From an uncultured Gammaproteobacteria bacterium (GTDB taxonomy: Bacteria; Patescibacteriota; Microgenomatia; CAZETR01; Amesbacteraceae): a stretch of 64,000 nt of DNA. Of the stretch, positions 19,107 to 28,669 are shown in pieces. The translations under genes were made by a program, and so were the position numbers. The first letter of the stretch is position 1. Every line of letters begins with the position of its first letter. The notes under the pieces were generated by a model. The model had not been told where the DNA came from, ran no database searches, and was given only the letters and a program-made list of their open reading frames with translations. The stretch is taken from positions 588,470 through 652,469 of the forward strand of contig CAZFGX010000001.1 of assembly GCA_964518565.1 (NCBI GenBank), read 5' to 3'.

Positions 19107-19801
19107 GGTGAAAATTGTGAAATCGGATGGTCTTTTGCCAAAACATGAGCCGTACGCATAACAGCCCTCAGATCTTCTACTCCCAAACGACCAAGGGTCT
19201 CCAAGGTGAATCGTACAGCATTCTCAGATATCGACAATTTTTCATTCGCCAATGCCTTTTCATTCGCCAATGCCCTCTGAAAATACAATACATCCTCATT
19301 AGCTCTAGCCAAGTCTTCAAGCCACAACACTCTCTGAAAATACAATACCACCTCAGCCGAATGCTGAGCCAATTCAGTCAACAGATGTCCAAAGAGTTTT
19401 GATTGATTCATCAAATCAAAATTTGGCCCATCAACCCTCTCTCGACGATCGAGCGGTAATGATCGAAAATGTGTGTACCAGTTTCGGACGTCAGCAGTCG
19501 AAATACTCCAAATGACTTCCATCGCAGTGCGATGTTTCTCAGGCTCTGGCGCCACGACGGGCGCCACCTTTGCCTGTGCTGGGATATTGCGCTGCACCAT
19601 CCCAATAGTTTGCACTACCGGTTTTGGTGCGTCGTTTCCTGAAGACCACACGATCCAACCCCCAGCTGCTGCTAACGGAAATCCAAAAAGTACCAGTACC
19701 GTCGGCATCAATCCTTCTTCAGAACTACCATCGCCAAAAATAAAAGCCAAAACAAGCAACAACAATCCAAGGCCAGCTGCCACATAACCGAATCTTTTCA
19801 T
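19103..19801 (-). CDS. Two-TM membrane protein, first gene of the operon
   Basis: TTGGAGG SD before ATG 19801; two N-terminal TMs. Confidence 0.7.
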   Translation of the reverse strand: MKRFGYVAAGLGLLLLVLAFIFGDGSSEEGLMPTVLVLFGFPLAAAGGWIVWSSGNDAPKPVVQTIGMVQRNIPAQAKVAPVVAPEPEKHRTAMEVIWSISTADVRNWYTHFRSLPLDRRERVDGPNFDLMNQSKLFGHLLTELAQHSAEVVLYFQRVLWLEDLARANEDVLYFQRALANEKALANEKLSISENAVRFTLETLGRLGVEDLRAVMRTAHVLAKDHPISQFSP

Positions 19802-19935
19802 ATCAACCTCCAATAAAAACACTATAGGATATTTTATCTTCTTCACCTAAGTTTTTAAGGTGCCATTTCTTCAATACCCAAAAAACTCGGCGCAAAACCG
19901 ACTCCTAGGTGATAGAAATGTAGGCGAATTTTACC
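19802..19935 (-). promoter_or_regulatory. Promoter and structured leader with boxA-like element
   Basis: TAAAAT -10; TCGG-TTTTGCG-CCGA hairpin; GCACCTTAAAAA (19852-19863); SD. Confidence 0.5.
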
Positions 19936-19978
19936 TCTATGCTATGGGATATGCAAACTCATCTGCTAAAATGCTTCC

Positions 19979-20611
19979 ATGTTCCGCGAAAGCCGTCCTT
20001 CAAATCCAGAACAACCCAGCTCCAAAGCCTACAAAGATCTCTCGTCTACCTTCATCGGCAGCTTTCCCCTGTCTCCTCAGCAAATCTCTGGCCACTACCT
20101 AGTGTTTGACCTAGCCGCCCACTACTATCGCCATCATCAGCCAGAAATTATTGCAGCTGCTGCCAAAAATCCCCCAGCACCACACTTAGACATTCCCAAA
20201 TGGCACATTCCTCTGCCCAGTCCCCAAGGAACAGCTGAATCTATCTGGGGCACTTTCATGTCTAAGCTGGCCAACCCTACTCCAGACGCACCCGAACCAC
20301 CTCTCGAATCTCTATTTGCCTTTCTGGCTCGCACCGACCAAACTTTTTACGATGCGCACATCAAACGCCACGCTCCCCAACATCACATGAGCCATTTACG
20401 CCGATATTTTGTTCACGGCGAACTTCCTGCCCAAAACAAATTTTATGATTGGCTAAAAACCTACGGCAGCGAGTACTTATCCCAACACAAATCCAAACTT
20501 CTCTCATTGGCAGTGCATCCCGATACTGCAGCTCCTCGCTGGCAACAGGATATTAGTACCTATATCAAATTCTGGGACCAACACTTCATAGACGAATTCT
20601 TTACACGTTAG
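19979..20611 (+). CDS. Hypothetical protein
   Basis: 210-aa ORF; TAAAAT 6 nt upstream. Confidence 0.7.
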   Translation: MFRESRPSNPEQPSSKAYKDLSSTFIGSFPLSPQQISGHYLVFDLAAHYYRHHQPEIIAAAAKNPPAPHLDIPKWHIPLPSPQGTAESIWGTFMSKLANPTPDAPEPPLESLFAFLARTDQTFYDAHIKRHAPQHHMSHLRRYFVHGELPAQNKFYDWLKTYGSEYLSQHKSKLLSLAVHPDTAAPRWQQDISTYIKFWDQHFIDEFFTR

Positions 20612-21201
20612 CGCTCAATTACTGGCTTAATCACTGCCCAAATCCGGTTTGCCACTGTCAACATTGGCGCATCCCCACCTACTCTTACCCAACCATACCG
20701 ATCCGCCATCTGCAAATACATTTTCCGCGCTCGATACCATTCTTCTTCATCTCCATATGGATGATCCAACGGATGTGATTCTTCTTTCATTGGCCCATCA
20801 ATAAATACTGCAATATCGGGATTCATCGAATCCTTGTTGATCTCTTCCATCTGCTCGATACCAAGACCTCGCAATACTCCCCACACCATCCCCGTACCCT
20901 TATAGTTTTCCGCCACTACCGTCACACCAGAATCTAGCCATGACCGCAAGGTAGACTCAAAATCTTTTCGATTTTGGGCAAACAATTTTTGCATCTCATC
21001 TTCTGGTAAATGCAATTTTTTCTTATGCAAAATTTCATCCAATTTTGCACCAGTAGGCTTCAGATCGTAGATTGGATATCTCAATGCACGCACCAATACT
21101 CCACGCTCTCTCAATCGCTCCTCCACCAGATTCATCAATTTACTTTTCCCTGTACCATCCGGACCATACAATGCAATAAACAAACCTTTTCGTGGTGCCA
21201 T
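20608..21201 (-). CDS. tmk: Thymidylate kinase-like protein
   Basis: GLFIALYGPDGTGKS P-loop, RYP, LFAQNR, PDIAVFID; the DRY motif appears as ENY. Confidence 0.75.
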   Translation of the reverse strand: MAPRKGLFIALYGPDGTGKSKLMNLVEERLRERGVLVRALRYPIYDLKPTGAKLDEILHKKKLHLPEDEMQKLFAQNRKDFESTLRSWLDSGVTVVAENYKGTGMVWGVLRGLGIEQMEEINKDSMNPDIAVFIDGPMKEESHPLDHPYGDEEEWYRARKMYLQMADRYGWVRVGGDAPMLTVANRIWAVIKPVIER

Positions 21202-21230
21202 ATCACAGTTATAGCATATAATGCTTTGGC

Positions 21231-22238
21231 ATGGGTAAAAAAGCGTTGATTATCGGTGTCTCTTCTCAAGACGGCTCATATTTAGCGGATCTCCTCTTAG
21301 AAAAAAAATACGAAATAACCGGCACTATTCGTCGCACCACCAGTATTCAAAAAGAAAATATTAGTCATCTCCAAGGACAAATAGATATTCAGGCGTGTGA
21401 TCTCGTAGATGCTAGCAGTATCGAAGAAGTAGTCAAAAATACTAGTCCAGATGAAATTTACAACATAGCCGCCCAATCAGTCCCCGCAGATAGCTGGTCT
21501 CATCCTATTTACACCGGTGAGGTCACCGCTCTTGGCCCAGTCAGAGTTTTTGAAGCTGCCAAAAAATTTGCCCCAAATGCTCGAGTGTACCAAGCCAGCT
21601 CAAGAGAAATTTTTGGCAACATTCATGCCGAATCTGCCAATGAGGCTACACCTATTAGCGCCAACAACCCTTACGGTATTGCCAAAGCTTATGCGCATAT
21701 GATGATCGAAAGTTATCGCCAGTCATATGGCATGTTTGTGTGTGGCGGCATACTTTTCAATCATGAAAGTCCTCGCCGCAGCCTCCATTTTGTCACTCGA
21801 AAAATTACCGCCGCGGCTGCTTGTATAAAAAACCAGGTCAAACATCTCCCCATCAACGAAGTCGGCAAACCACTCATCGACCAAGACCAAAAACTCCACC
21901 TCGGACTATTAGACGCTCGTCGGGACTGGGGGTATGCCAAGGAATATGTTCAGGCCATGTGGCTGATGCTGCAAAATTCCCAACCCAAAGATTATGTCAT
22001 TGGCACTCATACGACTCATTCTGTCCAAGAAGTCTGTGAAATCGCCTTCGCTCATGTAGGCCTACCATGGCAAGATCATGTCGTCTCCGACAAACAACTC
22101 CTCCGCCCTACAGAAATAAAAGAGCTCACAGGCGATTACTCTGCCGCCAAAAAAGACCTCGGCTGGGAACCAAAAACCAGCTTCAAACAATTAATAGAAC
22201 TCATGGTCGACGCCGATCTAGAACGGTTCCACAACTAA
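21231..22238 (+). CDS. gmd: GDP-mannose 4,6-dehydratase
   Basis: QDGSYLA, NPYGIAK, GILFNHESPRR, RDWGYAKEYV. Confidence 0.95.
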   Translation: MGKKALIIGVSSQDGSYLADLLLEKKYEITGTIRRTTSIQKENISHLQGQIDIQACDLVDASSIEEVVKNTSPDEIYNIAAQSVPADSWSHPIYTGEVTALGPVRVFEAAKKFAPNARVYQASSREIFGNIHAESANEATPISANNPYGIAKAYAHMMIESYRQSYGMFVCGGILFNHESPRRSLHFVTRKITAAAACIKNQVKHLPINEVGKPLIDQDQKLHLGLLDARRDWGYAKEYVQAMWLMLQNSQPKDYVIGTHTTHSVQEVCEIAFAHVGLPWQDHVVSDKQLLRPTEIKELTGDYSAAKKDLGWEPKTSFKQLIELMVDADLERFHN

Positions 22239-22363
22239 GCCAGTGTCAGCAGCCCCACCCCTACCAATGCCGCCACAGCTGGGTGTTCCTTCACAAATCC
22301 CACAAACTTCTCCCACCAGGCATTTAAAATATTCTTAGATTCAGATTTGGGCTGTTTTTCCAT
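22235..22363 (-). CDS. 42-aa tail-anchored small protein (not in the ORF track)
   Basis: MEKQPKSESKNILNAWWEKFVGFVKEHPAVAALVGVGLLTLA*; TATAAT 6 nt upstream. Confidence 0.65.
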   Translation of the reverse strand: MEKQPKSESKNILNAWWEKFVGFVKEHPAVAALVGVGLLTLA

Positions 22364-22375
22364 ACTTCTATTATA

Positions 22376-23989
22376 TCAAGGCAGGCTTATTCGATTCTTT
22401 CGTATCTCAAACTGTTCCATAGTTTTCAACAAATGAATATAATTTCTGATTTTAGATGGTTCAGGATTAGCAAAATAGTCAGGCTCAACTGCAGGCACAT
22501 CAGCCATCACTTCACTAAAATAATGTTTACCAAATTCGCGTACTAGAGTAGACAGTTGCTTTATATCTGCCTCTGGGTGTTTCTGCAATTCCGATTGAGC
22601 TGTTGTTCCAATCATGTCCAAGATCAGCGGATTCCTTTTCAAAAAATCATCCATTCTTTTGCCAAATGGTTCACTGGTGTTCTCTCCAGCAATCAATCGT
22701 TCGCAAACCATGTGAGTAATTCTGTCAACAGAAGATAAAAATGCTCTACGTCGAATATTTACTCTACGAAAATATCGCTTTCGAATCACTGCCAACTCTT
22801 CTGTGTCCTGTTCCGAAAGACCAACAGAATTTTTTTTATACTGCTCCAACCAATTAGTTAAAATGGGCATATTTGAGTCATCCAACTTTTCCCTGATTTT
22901 ATCCAAAGAAACAGTATCAGAAAAATTTGGCACATTCATACGAAACTGTCCATCTGTAGAACCTATCCGACCTCGATCAGACAAAACCATCTCTGTTGAT
23001 TCCAAATACTCGATAGCCAGCGGAGAACGAACAAATTTATTCAAGAAAGCAAAATCTTCAGAGAATGTGTTATAAGGATATCCATTCACTGCTCGAAAAT
23101 TTTGCACCCTCACAGCCACTCGACTCCCTCCCGAAAAACGTGTTCCCGTATATTCAATGTTACCTCGACTAAAAACAAGCCCGTCATGAATATAAGACAT
23201 GAATGAAGACATACGTTTTTCTACTGACTCACCAGGAATCAAATCGGGATATTCAGCAGTAACCACTTGAATTGGTTTGATAAATACACCAGAAGAACCG
23301 TCGTACTGTTCCAACAAACCAGCAACATATTTTGATTTCAAAAATACATCTCCATCAATAAAATCTATTATGCCCTGTCCACGTTTTATCTTTCGAAAAC
23401 GTTCATATGCCACATGTCCACCAACATTTCTGGCATACCCAATAGGGTTAAATGTCGCCTCTTGCTCAGACTGGCTAAATGCCTTATCTTCACTTGAGCA
23501 ATCAATTGCCTGAATATTTACCTGTCTAGTACGTGCTAAAAAGAAAACCTCTTGTTCTTCCTTCGTAAGTTTTAAAGCTTGTAACTCAATGGCCAACTGT
23601 TCATCAGACAAATCAGAACCGTATAAACTCAGAATTTGTATATGGCGCTGATTTTCCTCAAATCTATTTCGCAACAATTCAGCACTTGATCCCTCATATC
23701 TTGTTTGCGTATCCCCTGTTCCTTCGCTGGACTTAGCAGCACGTAAAGAATTGTTTACAACAACCAAAAATTCATAACTCTTCGTATCCACACCGTGTTG
23801 TGTTGCTGCACTACGTAATAAACGCCAAAAATTTCCACTATGCAATTCAGCCAAAGAAGGGATGACCACTGACAACTTTAATTCAGGATGAGGAGGCCGC
23901 AAATTCTGAGCATATTTATCAAGTATTTCTTGATGCTCAATTTCAAAATTTGTTATTTTTTCTGATTCAATAGGACTACCTTTTTCCAT
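22376..23989 (-). CDS. Glycosyltransferase family 2-like protein
   Basis: LSVVIPS, VVVNNS, IGYARNVG, FIDGD, SEDFAF. Confidence 0.75.
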   Translation of the reverse strand: MEKGSPIESEKITNFEIEHQEILDKYAQNLRPPHPELKLSVVIPSLAELHSGNFWRLLRSAATQHGVDTKSYEFLVVVNNSLRAAKSSEGTGDTQTRYEGSSAELLRNRFEENQRHIQILSLYGSDLSDEQLAIELQALKLTKEEQEVFFLARTRQVNIQAIDCSSEDKAFSQSEQEATFNPIGYARNVGGHVAYERFRKIKRGQGIIDFIDGDVFLKSKYVAGLLEQYDGSSGVFIKPIQVVTAEYPDLIPGESVEKRMSSFMSYIHDGLVFSRGNIEYTGTRFSGGSRVAVRVQNFRAVNGYPYNTFSEDFAFLNKFVRSPLAIEYLESTEMVLSDRGRIGSTDGQFRMNVPNFSDTVSLDKIREKLDDSNMPILTNWLEQYKKNSVGLSEQDTEELAVIRKRYFRRVNIRRRAFLSSVDRITHMVCERLIAGENTSEPFGKRMDDFLKRNPLILDMIGTTAQSELQKHPEADIKQLSTLVREFGKHYFSEVMADVPAVEPDYFANPEPSKIRNYIHLLKTMEQFEIRKNRISLP

Positions 23990-23991
23990 AA

Positions 23992-24909
23992 TTATCCTAA
24001 AAATGCCAAGTATTCCTGGCGAATATGTTTTTTATCATTACACAAAAATGTCACCGCTTTTGGTAACACTTTGATATGTACGCCACCTGTATGTTTTACT
24101 GGATCGCCATCGATTTGCACAAATGGCTCACCCTCGATAAATAATTCTGTCGCCTGAAATTGCACCTTGCCCTTGTCCGAATAGAAGGGATGGACATATC
24201 CGCGAAATCTCAGATTGGTCAAATAGGCAAATTTTGACGAAAAAATCGTACAATCCATTTTTAAATCATTCAATTTTGCATTCGGTGCCACAATAAAGTT
24301 TTTGCCAATTGTCGGACTATTGGAAATCAAAAGACACGATGAATTTGCCCGCAATTTCACTTGTCTATCAATCGTGACATCTATCGGTCTATCCTTGTGC
24401 TCCACCAAACTCTTCACTGCCGCCACTGTATATGAATGCGGTCCAATGTACTGATAATGCGCCCGGTTATGTACCACTCGCGCTTCATAACCTAGACTGA
24501 CTGAAAATACACCGATTCGGTTACCAGCAATATTTGTCTGCAACAAATCAATCGTTACAGCATTGGCTCGCCGTTGCAATACATCAAAGGCCTTATCCAT
24601 TGTTTCTACCCCAAAACAATATGACAGAGCATTACCAAACCCAAACGGCAATACAGCTATAAGCGGTCGTTTTTTACATTCTACTACCGCCTGCGACACT
24701 GCATTAATAGTTCCGTCTCCCCCAGCTGCCACCACCACATCCACCCCGGCCTCAGCCACCAAGACTGCCAAATCTTTTACTTTTGTGATATCTTTCGCCT
24801 GTTCGTCTGGTATTTGATACCGTTTTTTTGCCGCCAACCAAAGCGCTTTTCCTCGGCCACCACCTGACAAAGGGTTATATAAATACAAAAATTTGGTTGG
24901 GTCCACCAT
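23992..24909 (-). CDS. Diacylglycerol kinase family (YegS/DgkB-like) lipid kinase
   Basis: NPLSGGG, AAGGDGTIN, PFGFGN, QIDGD. Confidence 0.9.
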   Translation of the reverse strand: MVDPTKFLYLYNPLSGGGRGKALWLAAKKRYQIPDEQAKDITKVKDLAVLVAEAGVDVVVAAGGDGTINAVSQAVVECKKRPLIAVLPFGFGNALSYCFGVETMDKAFDVLQRRANAVTIDLLQTNIAGNRIGVFSVSLGYEARVVHNRAHYQYIGPHSYTVAAVKSLVEHKDRPIDVTIDRQVKLRANSSCLLISNSPTIGKNFIVAPNAKLNDLKMDCTIFSSKFAYLTNLRFRGYVHPFYSDKGKVQFQATELFIEGEPFVQIDGDPVKHTGGVHIKVLPKAVTFLCNDKKHIRQEYLAFLG

Positions 24910-24926
24910 ACTATTCTAATCGATAA

Positions 24927-26921
24927 TTAAGAGGTTGGCGTCGGCTTGTTCCAACTGGCAAAATCGCAGTCGGGATATCGGCTACAACCATAAAAACTCT
25001 TGCCCTTTTTCGTCTGTCGCATAATCACATCTCCTGTCGTGCACTTTGGGCATTTCACTCCGATTTTATTTTGATAATTCGCTTTATAATCACAATCCGG
25101 ATATCGGCTACAGGACAAAAATTTACCAAATTTCCCTATACGAACAATCACTTCACCTTGTTGGCATTGTGGACAGGTCTCCCCTGTTGTTTCTACTTCT
25201 ATTTTTACTCGAGCTGCATGCTCACCCACTTGCTCCAGTTCTTTTGCAAATGGCGCATAAAACTCCTTGAGAGTTGGTATCCATTTACGTTTTCCGTCTG
25301 CGATTTCATCTAACCTATCCTCCATATTAGAAGTAAATTCATAATTCACAATATCAGCAAAATTACCCACTAAAAAATCATTCACCGCAATACCCAAAGC
25401 TGTTGGTCGAAAACGCTTATCAATTTTTTCTACATATCGCCGATCCTGAATCGTCGTTAGTGTTGGAGCATATGTACTAGGCCGACCAATCCCCATCTCC
25501 TCCAATGCCTTAATCAAACTCGCATCATTGTACCGAGCCGGCGGCAGGGTAAATTTTTGCTCCTTAAACAGTTCAATAAAATTGAGTTTTTCTTTTGCAG
25601 TCAACTCTGGCAAAGCTTGCTCGTCTACTTTTTCTTCTTCCATTTCAGCTTCTTCATCTGGCTCTACTTGTTTTGTTTTAGTATGTACCTTCAAAAACCC
25701 ATCAAACAAAATCGTCTCCCCCTTAGCTTCCAATCCATACTCAATATCACCTAGAGTATGCACCAACACTCGAACTCCTTCGCCTCTTGCCTCTGGCATC
25801 TGGCTAGCCACAAATCGCTTCCAAACCAAATCATACATTCGTTGTTGATCCCGATTCAATGCCACGACCCCTGCGCTATGTGGTTGCTCAGACACATTGG
25901 TTGGTCGAATGGCCTCGTGAGCTTCTTGAGCGACTTTATTTTTGGTCTTAAAAATTCGCGGGCTGGGCAATATATATTCCTGACCAAAAGTATTCAATAA
26001 AAATTCCTTACACATCACCAACGCTTCTTCGGCAATATTTGTCGAATCAGTTCGGTGATAGGTAATAAAGCCCTCCTCATATAGACTCTGCGCCACTTGC
26101 ATAGTTCGCTTTGCGCTCCAACCCAATTTGTTTGCCGCAGTCTGTTGCAATGTCGAAGTGGTAAATGGCGCAGATGGAGATTTTTTTATTTCTCGTTTGA
26201 TTACATCTTTTACTTCATATGCTGCTTTTTCCAAATAAAGAGTGACCTCCGATGCTTCAGCTTCCGAACCTACGCTATATTTTTCCCCAGCTTTTTCTGC
26301 GAGCTGCACTACAAATTTTGTCTGCCGCTCAGGCTGCAATGTAACTTGGATCGTCCAATACTCTACTGGTACAAATTTTTCTATCTCGCGTTCTTTCTCT
26401 ACCACCAATCTCACTGCCACACTTTGTACCCGGCCAGCAGACAATCCCCGCCGTACTTTTTTCCACAACAATGGCGAAAGTTTATATCCCACCAAACGAT
26501 CCAATATTCTTCGTGCTTGTTGAGCATCCACCAACGGCATATCCACGGATCTTGGATGTGCTAGAGCCTCAGATATGGCAGATTTGGTAATTTCATGAAA
26601 CACAATCCGTTTAAAATCAGTCTTTTTCGGATTTAATAATTGACTCACATGCCAAGCAATCGCCTCCCCTTCTCGGTCAGGATCCGTCGCCAGGTAAACA
26701 GTGTCGGCTTCTTTTGTCAGTTCTTTTATTTCTTTTATTTTCTCTTTTTGTTTGTCGGTTTGGACATATGTCGGCTCAAAATCATGTTCGATATCTATAC
26801 CGATTTTTCGTTCCGGCAAATCTCGAATATGCCCATACGTAGCCGCCACCCGCCAGGTGTTTCCCAAAAATTTGCCCAATGTCCGAGCTTTTGTTGGTGA
26901 CTCGACCAAAATTACATCCAT
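24927..26921 (-). CDS. topA: DNA topoisomerase I
   Basis: VESPTKA, ATDPDREGE, SAGRVQS, ITYHRTDS, C-terminal Zn ribbons. Confidence 0.98.
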   Translation of the reverse strand: MDVILVESPTKARTLGKFLGNTWRVAATYGHIRDLPERKIGIDIEHDFEPTYVQTDKQKEKIKEIKELTKEADTVYLATDPDREGEAIAWHVSQLLNPKKTDFKRIVFHEITKSAISEALAHPRSVDMPLVDAQQARRILDRLVGYKLSPLLWKKVRRGLSAGRVQSVAVRLVVEKEREIEKFVPVEYWTIQVTLQPERQTKFVVQLAEKAGEKYSVGSEAEASEVTLYLEKAAYEVKDVIKREIKKSPSAPFTTSTLQQTAANKLGWSAKRTMQVAQSLYEEGFITYHRTDSTNIAEEALVMCKEFLLNTFGQEYILPSPRIFKTKNKVAQEAHEAIRPTNVSEQPHSAGVVALNRDQQRMYDLVWKRFVASQMPEARGEGVRVLVHTLGDIEYGLEAKGETILFDGFLKVHTKTKQVEPDEEAEMEEEKVDEQALPELTAKEKLNFIELFKEQKFTLPPARYNDASLIKALEEMGIGRPSTYAPTLTTIQDRRYVEKIDKRFRPTALGIAVNDFLVGNFADIVNYEFTSNMEDRLDEIADGKRKWIPTLKEFYAPFAKELEQVGEHAARVKIEVETTGETCPQCQQGEVIVRIGKFGKFLSCSRYPDCDYKANYQNKIGVKCPKCTTGDVIMRQTKKGKSFYGCSRYPDCDFASWNKPTPTS

Positions 26922-26945
26922 GACAGATATTATAGACTAAATCCC

Positions 26946-28661
26946 TTATTCACCGGTTTCCTGAGGAATATTTGCGTAGGGATAGGTATCACTTACATCA
27001 AAAAACTTCGCCAATATTTGCCGCGCAATCGGCGCAGCTGCATTAGATCCTTCCCCTCCTCCTTCGACCAATACCGTGACAGAAATTCGTGGTGCATCGG
27101 CAGGTGCATAGATTGTCAGCCAAGCATGTGTGCGCATTTTTCCAGATTCACCCACATATTCGGCCGTTCCAGTTTTACAAGCCAACACCGGCAAGATATC
27201 TGATGAAGATGTATACAAAGCCGTCGATTTTCCTGCTCTAGCTGCCTCATTCCAATCAAATAAAGGAAACGCCGTGCCACCTGGACTACACGCGCCCAAC
27301 ATTCCCTCATGAACGATTTTCAAAGCAGAAGCAGAAATTTGTACCGTTTCGCATTCACCACTGTTGGCTTGAATTACCATATGAAGTGGACATTTCCGAC
27401 CATCCGCAGCCAACACATTGGTCATCCGATTGACTTGAATAGGCGTCAGTAATGTATCCGCTTGGCCAATTGCCATATGATATGTATCTCCCAAAAACCA
27501 ACCCGAACCACTTAAGCGTTTACGAGTCTCAGGTGTCCCCACAATTCCTTCTACTTCTCCGCCTATTTCCACTCCTGTTTTTTCACCCATGCCCAATCGT
27601 TTCGCCCAACTAGCAATTTCTTGCGACCCCGTCATCTCTCCTACTTTGTAAAAAAATGTGTCCGTAGATCGAGTCAAAGATCGCGAAAAATTCACCACCC
27701 CTTCCGTCCCTCCATGTTTAGTAAACAACCAGTTTGTATATCGAAATGTTCCCACTGTCACCACTCCAGTATCCGTATAAACAAAATCCGATTTTACCTT
27801 GCCAGAATCAATCGCCGCTATTGTGGTATTCATTTTAAAAGTCGACCCCGGCGGATAAATACCTCCAATCGCGCGATTAAACATGGGCAAATTACCATCC
27901 GTTAATGCCGCAGCAATATTTTTTGGATCAAATCCTGGTGCACTTACCAGCGCCAACACTTCCCCGGTTTGAGGATTACTGACAATGGCCGCACCTTTTC
28001 TGACTCGACTCTTCATGAGCCCTTCATAAGCTACTCGAGACAACTCGGCATCAAGCGTCGTATACAAACCATGTCCAGCAGTTGGCTGACGCAAACCCAA
28101 ACTTCGCACCACTGATCCAGCATTATCGACCTCGATCAGTTTTCCCCCATCGACTCCCCGCAAACTCGACTCAAACGCCTGCTCAAGTCCCATCCGCCCA
28201 ATCATATCCTTCGCCTCATATTTCTTCCCAGCATTTTTCAACAAACCCACCTCATCCTCCATCACTTCACTCAAATATCCCAACACATGACTAGTAGCTT
28301 CACCATATGGATATATCCGTTTCCAGGCTTCACGTTCCCGACCCATTTCATCCGTATATGTATATTTTTCACCTCGAGCCAACTCTTTATCATTTCTGTC
28401 ATAAATTATTCCTCGTTGTGCTGGGACTTTTAATGTTTTAATTCGATTTTCATCTGCCAACACTGTGTACATATCACCTTTAAATACCTGCAACACAGCC
28501 AGCCGAACAAACAACAGCCCAAACCCCAACAACATTACCAACCAAATCAACCACCCTCGCCGATAATCGCGCGTATCCTGTTCTTTCAATCGACTCTTTG
28601 TTCCCGAAAAATCCGACACCACAAAATCCGAAAAACTTACTCCCGGACGAAATCGCTTCAT
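26946..28661 (-). CDS. mrdA: Penicillin-binding protein 2
   Basis: RGIIYDRN, PPGSTFK, STD, KTGTAE; next to mreB. Confidence 0.92.
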   Translation of the reverse strand: MKRFRPGVSFSDFVVSDFSGTKSRLKEQDTRDYRRGWLIWLVMLLGFGLLFVRLAVLQVFKGDMYTVLADENRIKTLKVPAQRGIIYDRNDKELARGEKYTYTDEMGREREAWKRIYPYGEATSHVLGYLSEVMEDEVGLLKNAGKKYEAKDMIGRMGLEQAFESSLRGVDGGKLIEVDNAGSVVRSLGLRQPTAGHGLYTTLDAELSRVAYEGLMKSRVRKGAAIVSNPQTGEVLALVSAPGFDPKNIAAALTDGNLPMFNRAIGGIYPPGSTFKMNTTIAAIDSGKVKSDFVYTDTGVVTVGTFRYTNWLFTKHGGTEGVVNFSRSLTRSTDTFFYKVGEMTGSQEIASWAKRLGMGEKTGVEIGGEVEGIVGTPETRKRLSGSGWFLGDTYHMAIGQADTLLTPIQVNRMTNVLAADGRKCPLHMVIQANSGECETVQISASALKIVHEGMLGACSPGGTAFPLFDWNEAARAGKSTALYTSSSDILPVLACKTGTAEYVGESGKMRTHAWLTIYAPADAPRISVTVLVEGGGEGSNAAAPIARQILAKFFDVSDTYPYANIPQETGE

Positions 28662-28669
28662 AGTATGTA

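Noticed and set aside
14975-19935. SPFH operon as a prophage or conjugative element
   Set aside because: No integrase, terminase, capsid, relaxase or VirB4-like ATPase motifs. No leader-trailer complementarity was found for this unit either.
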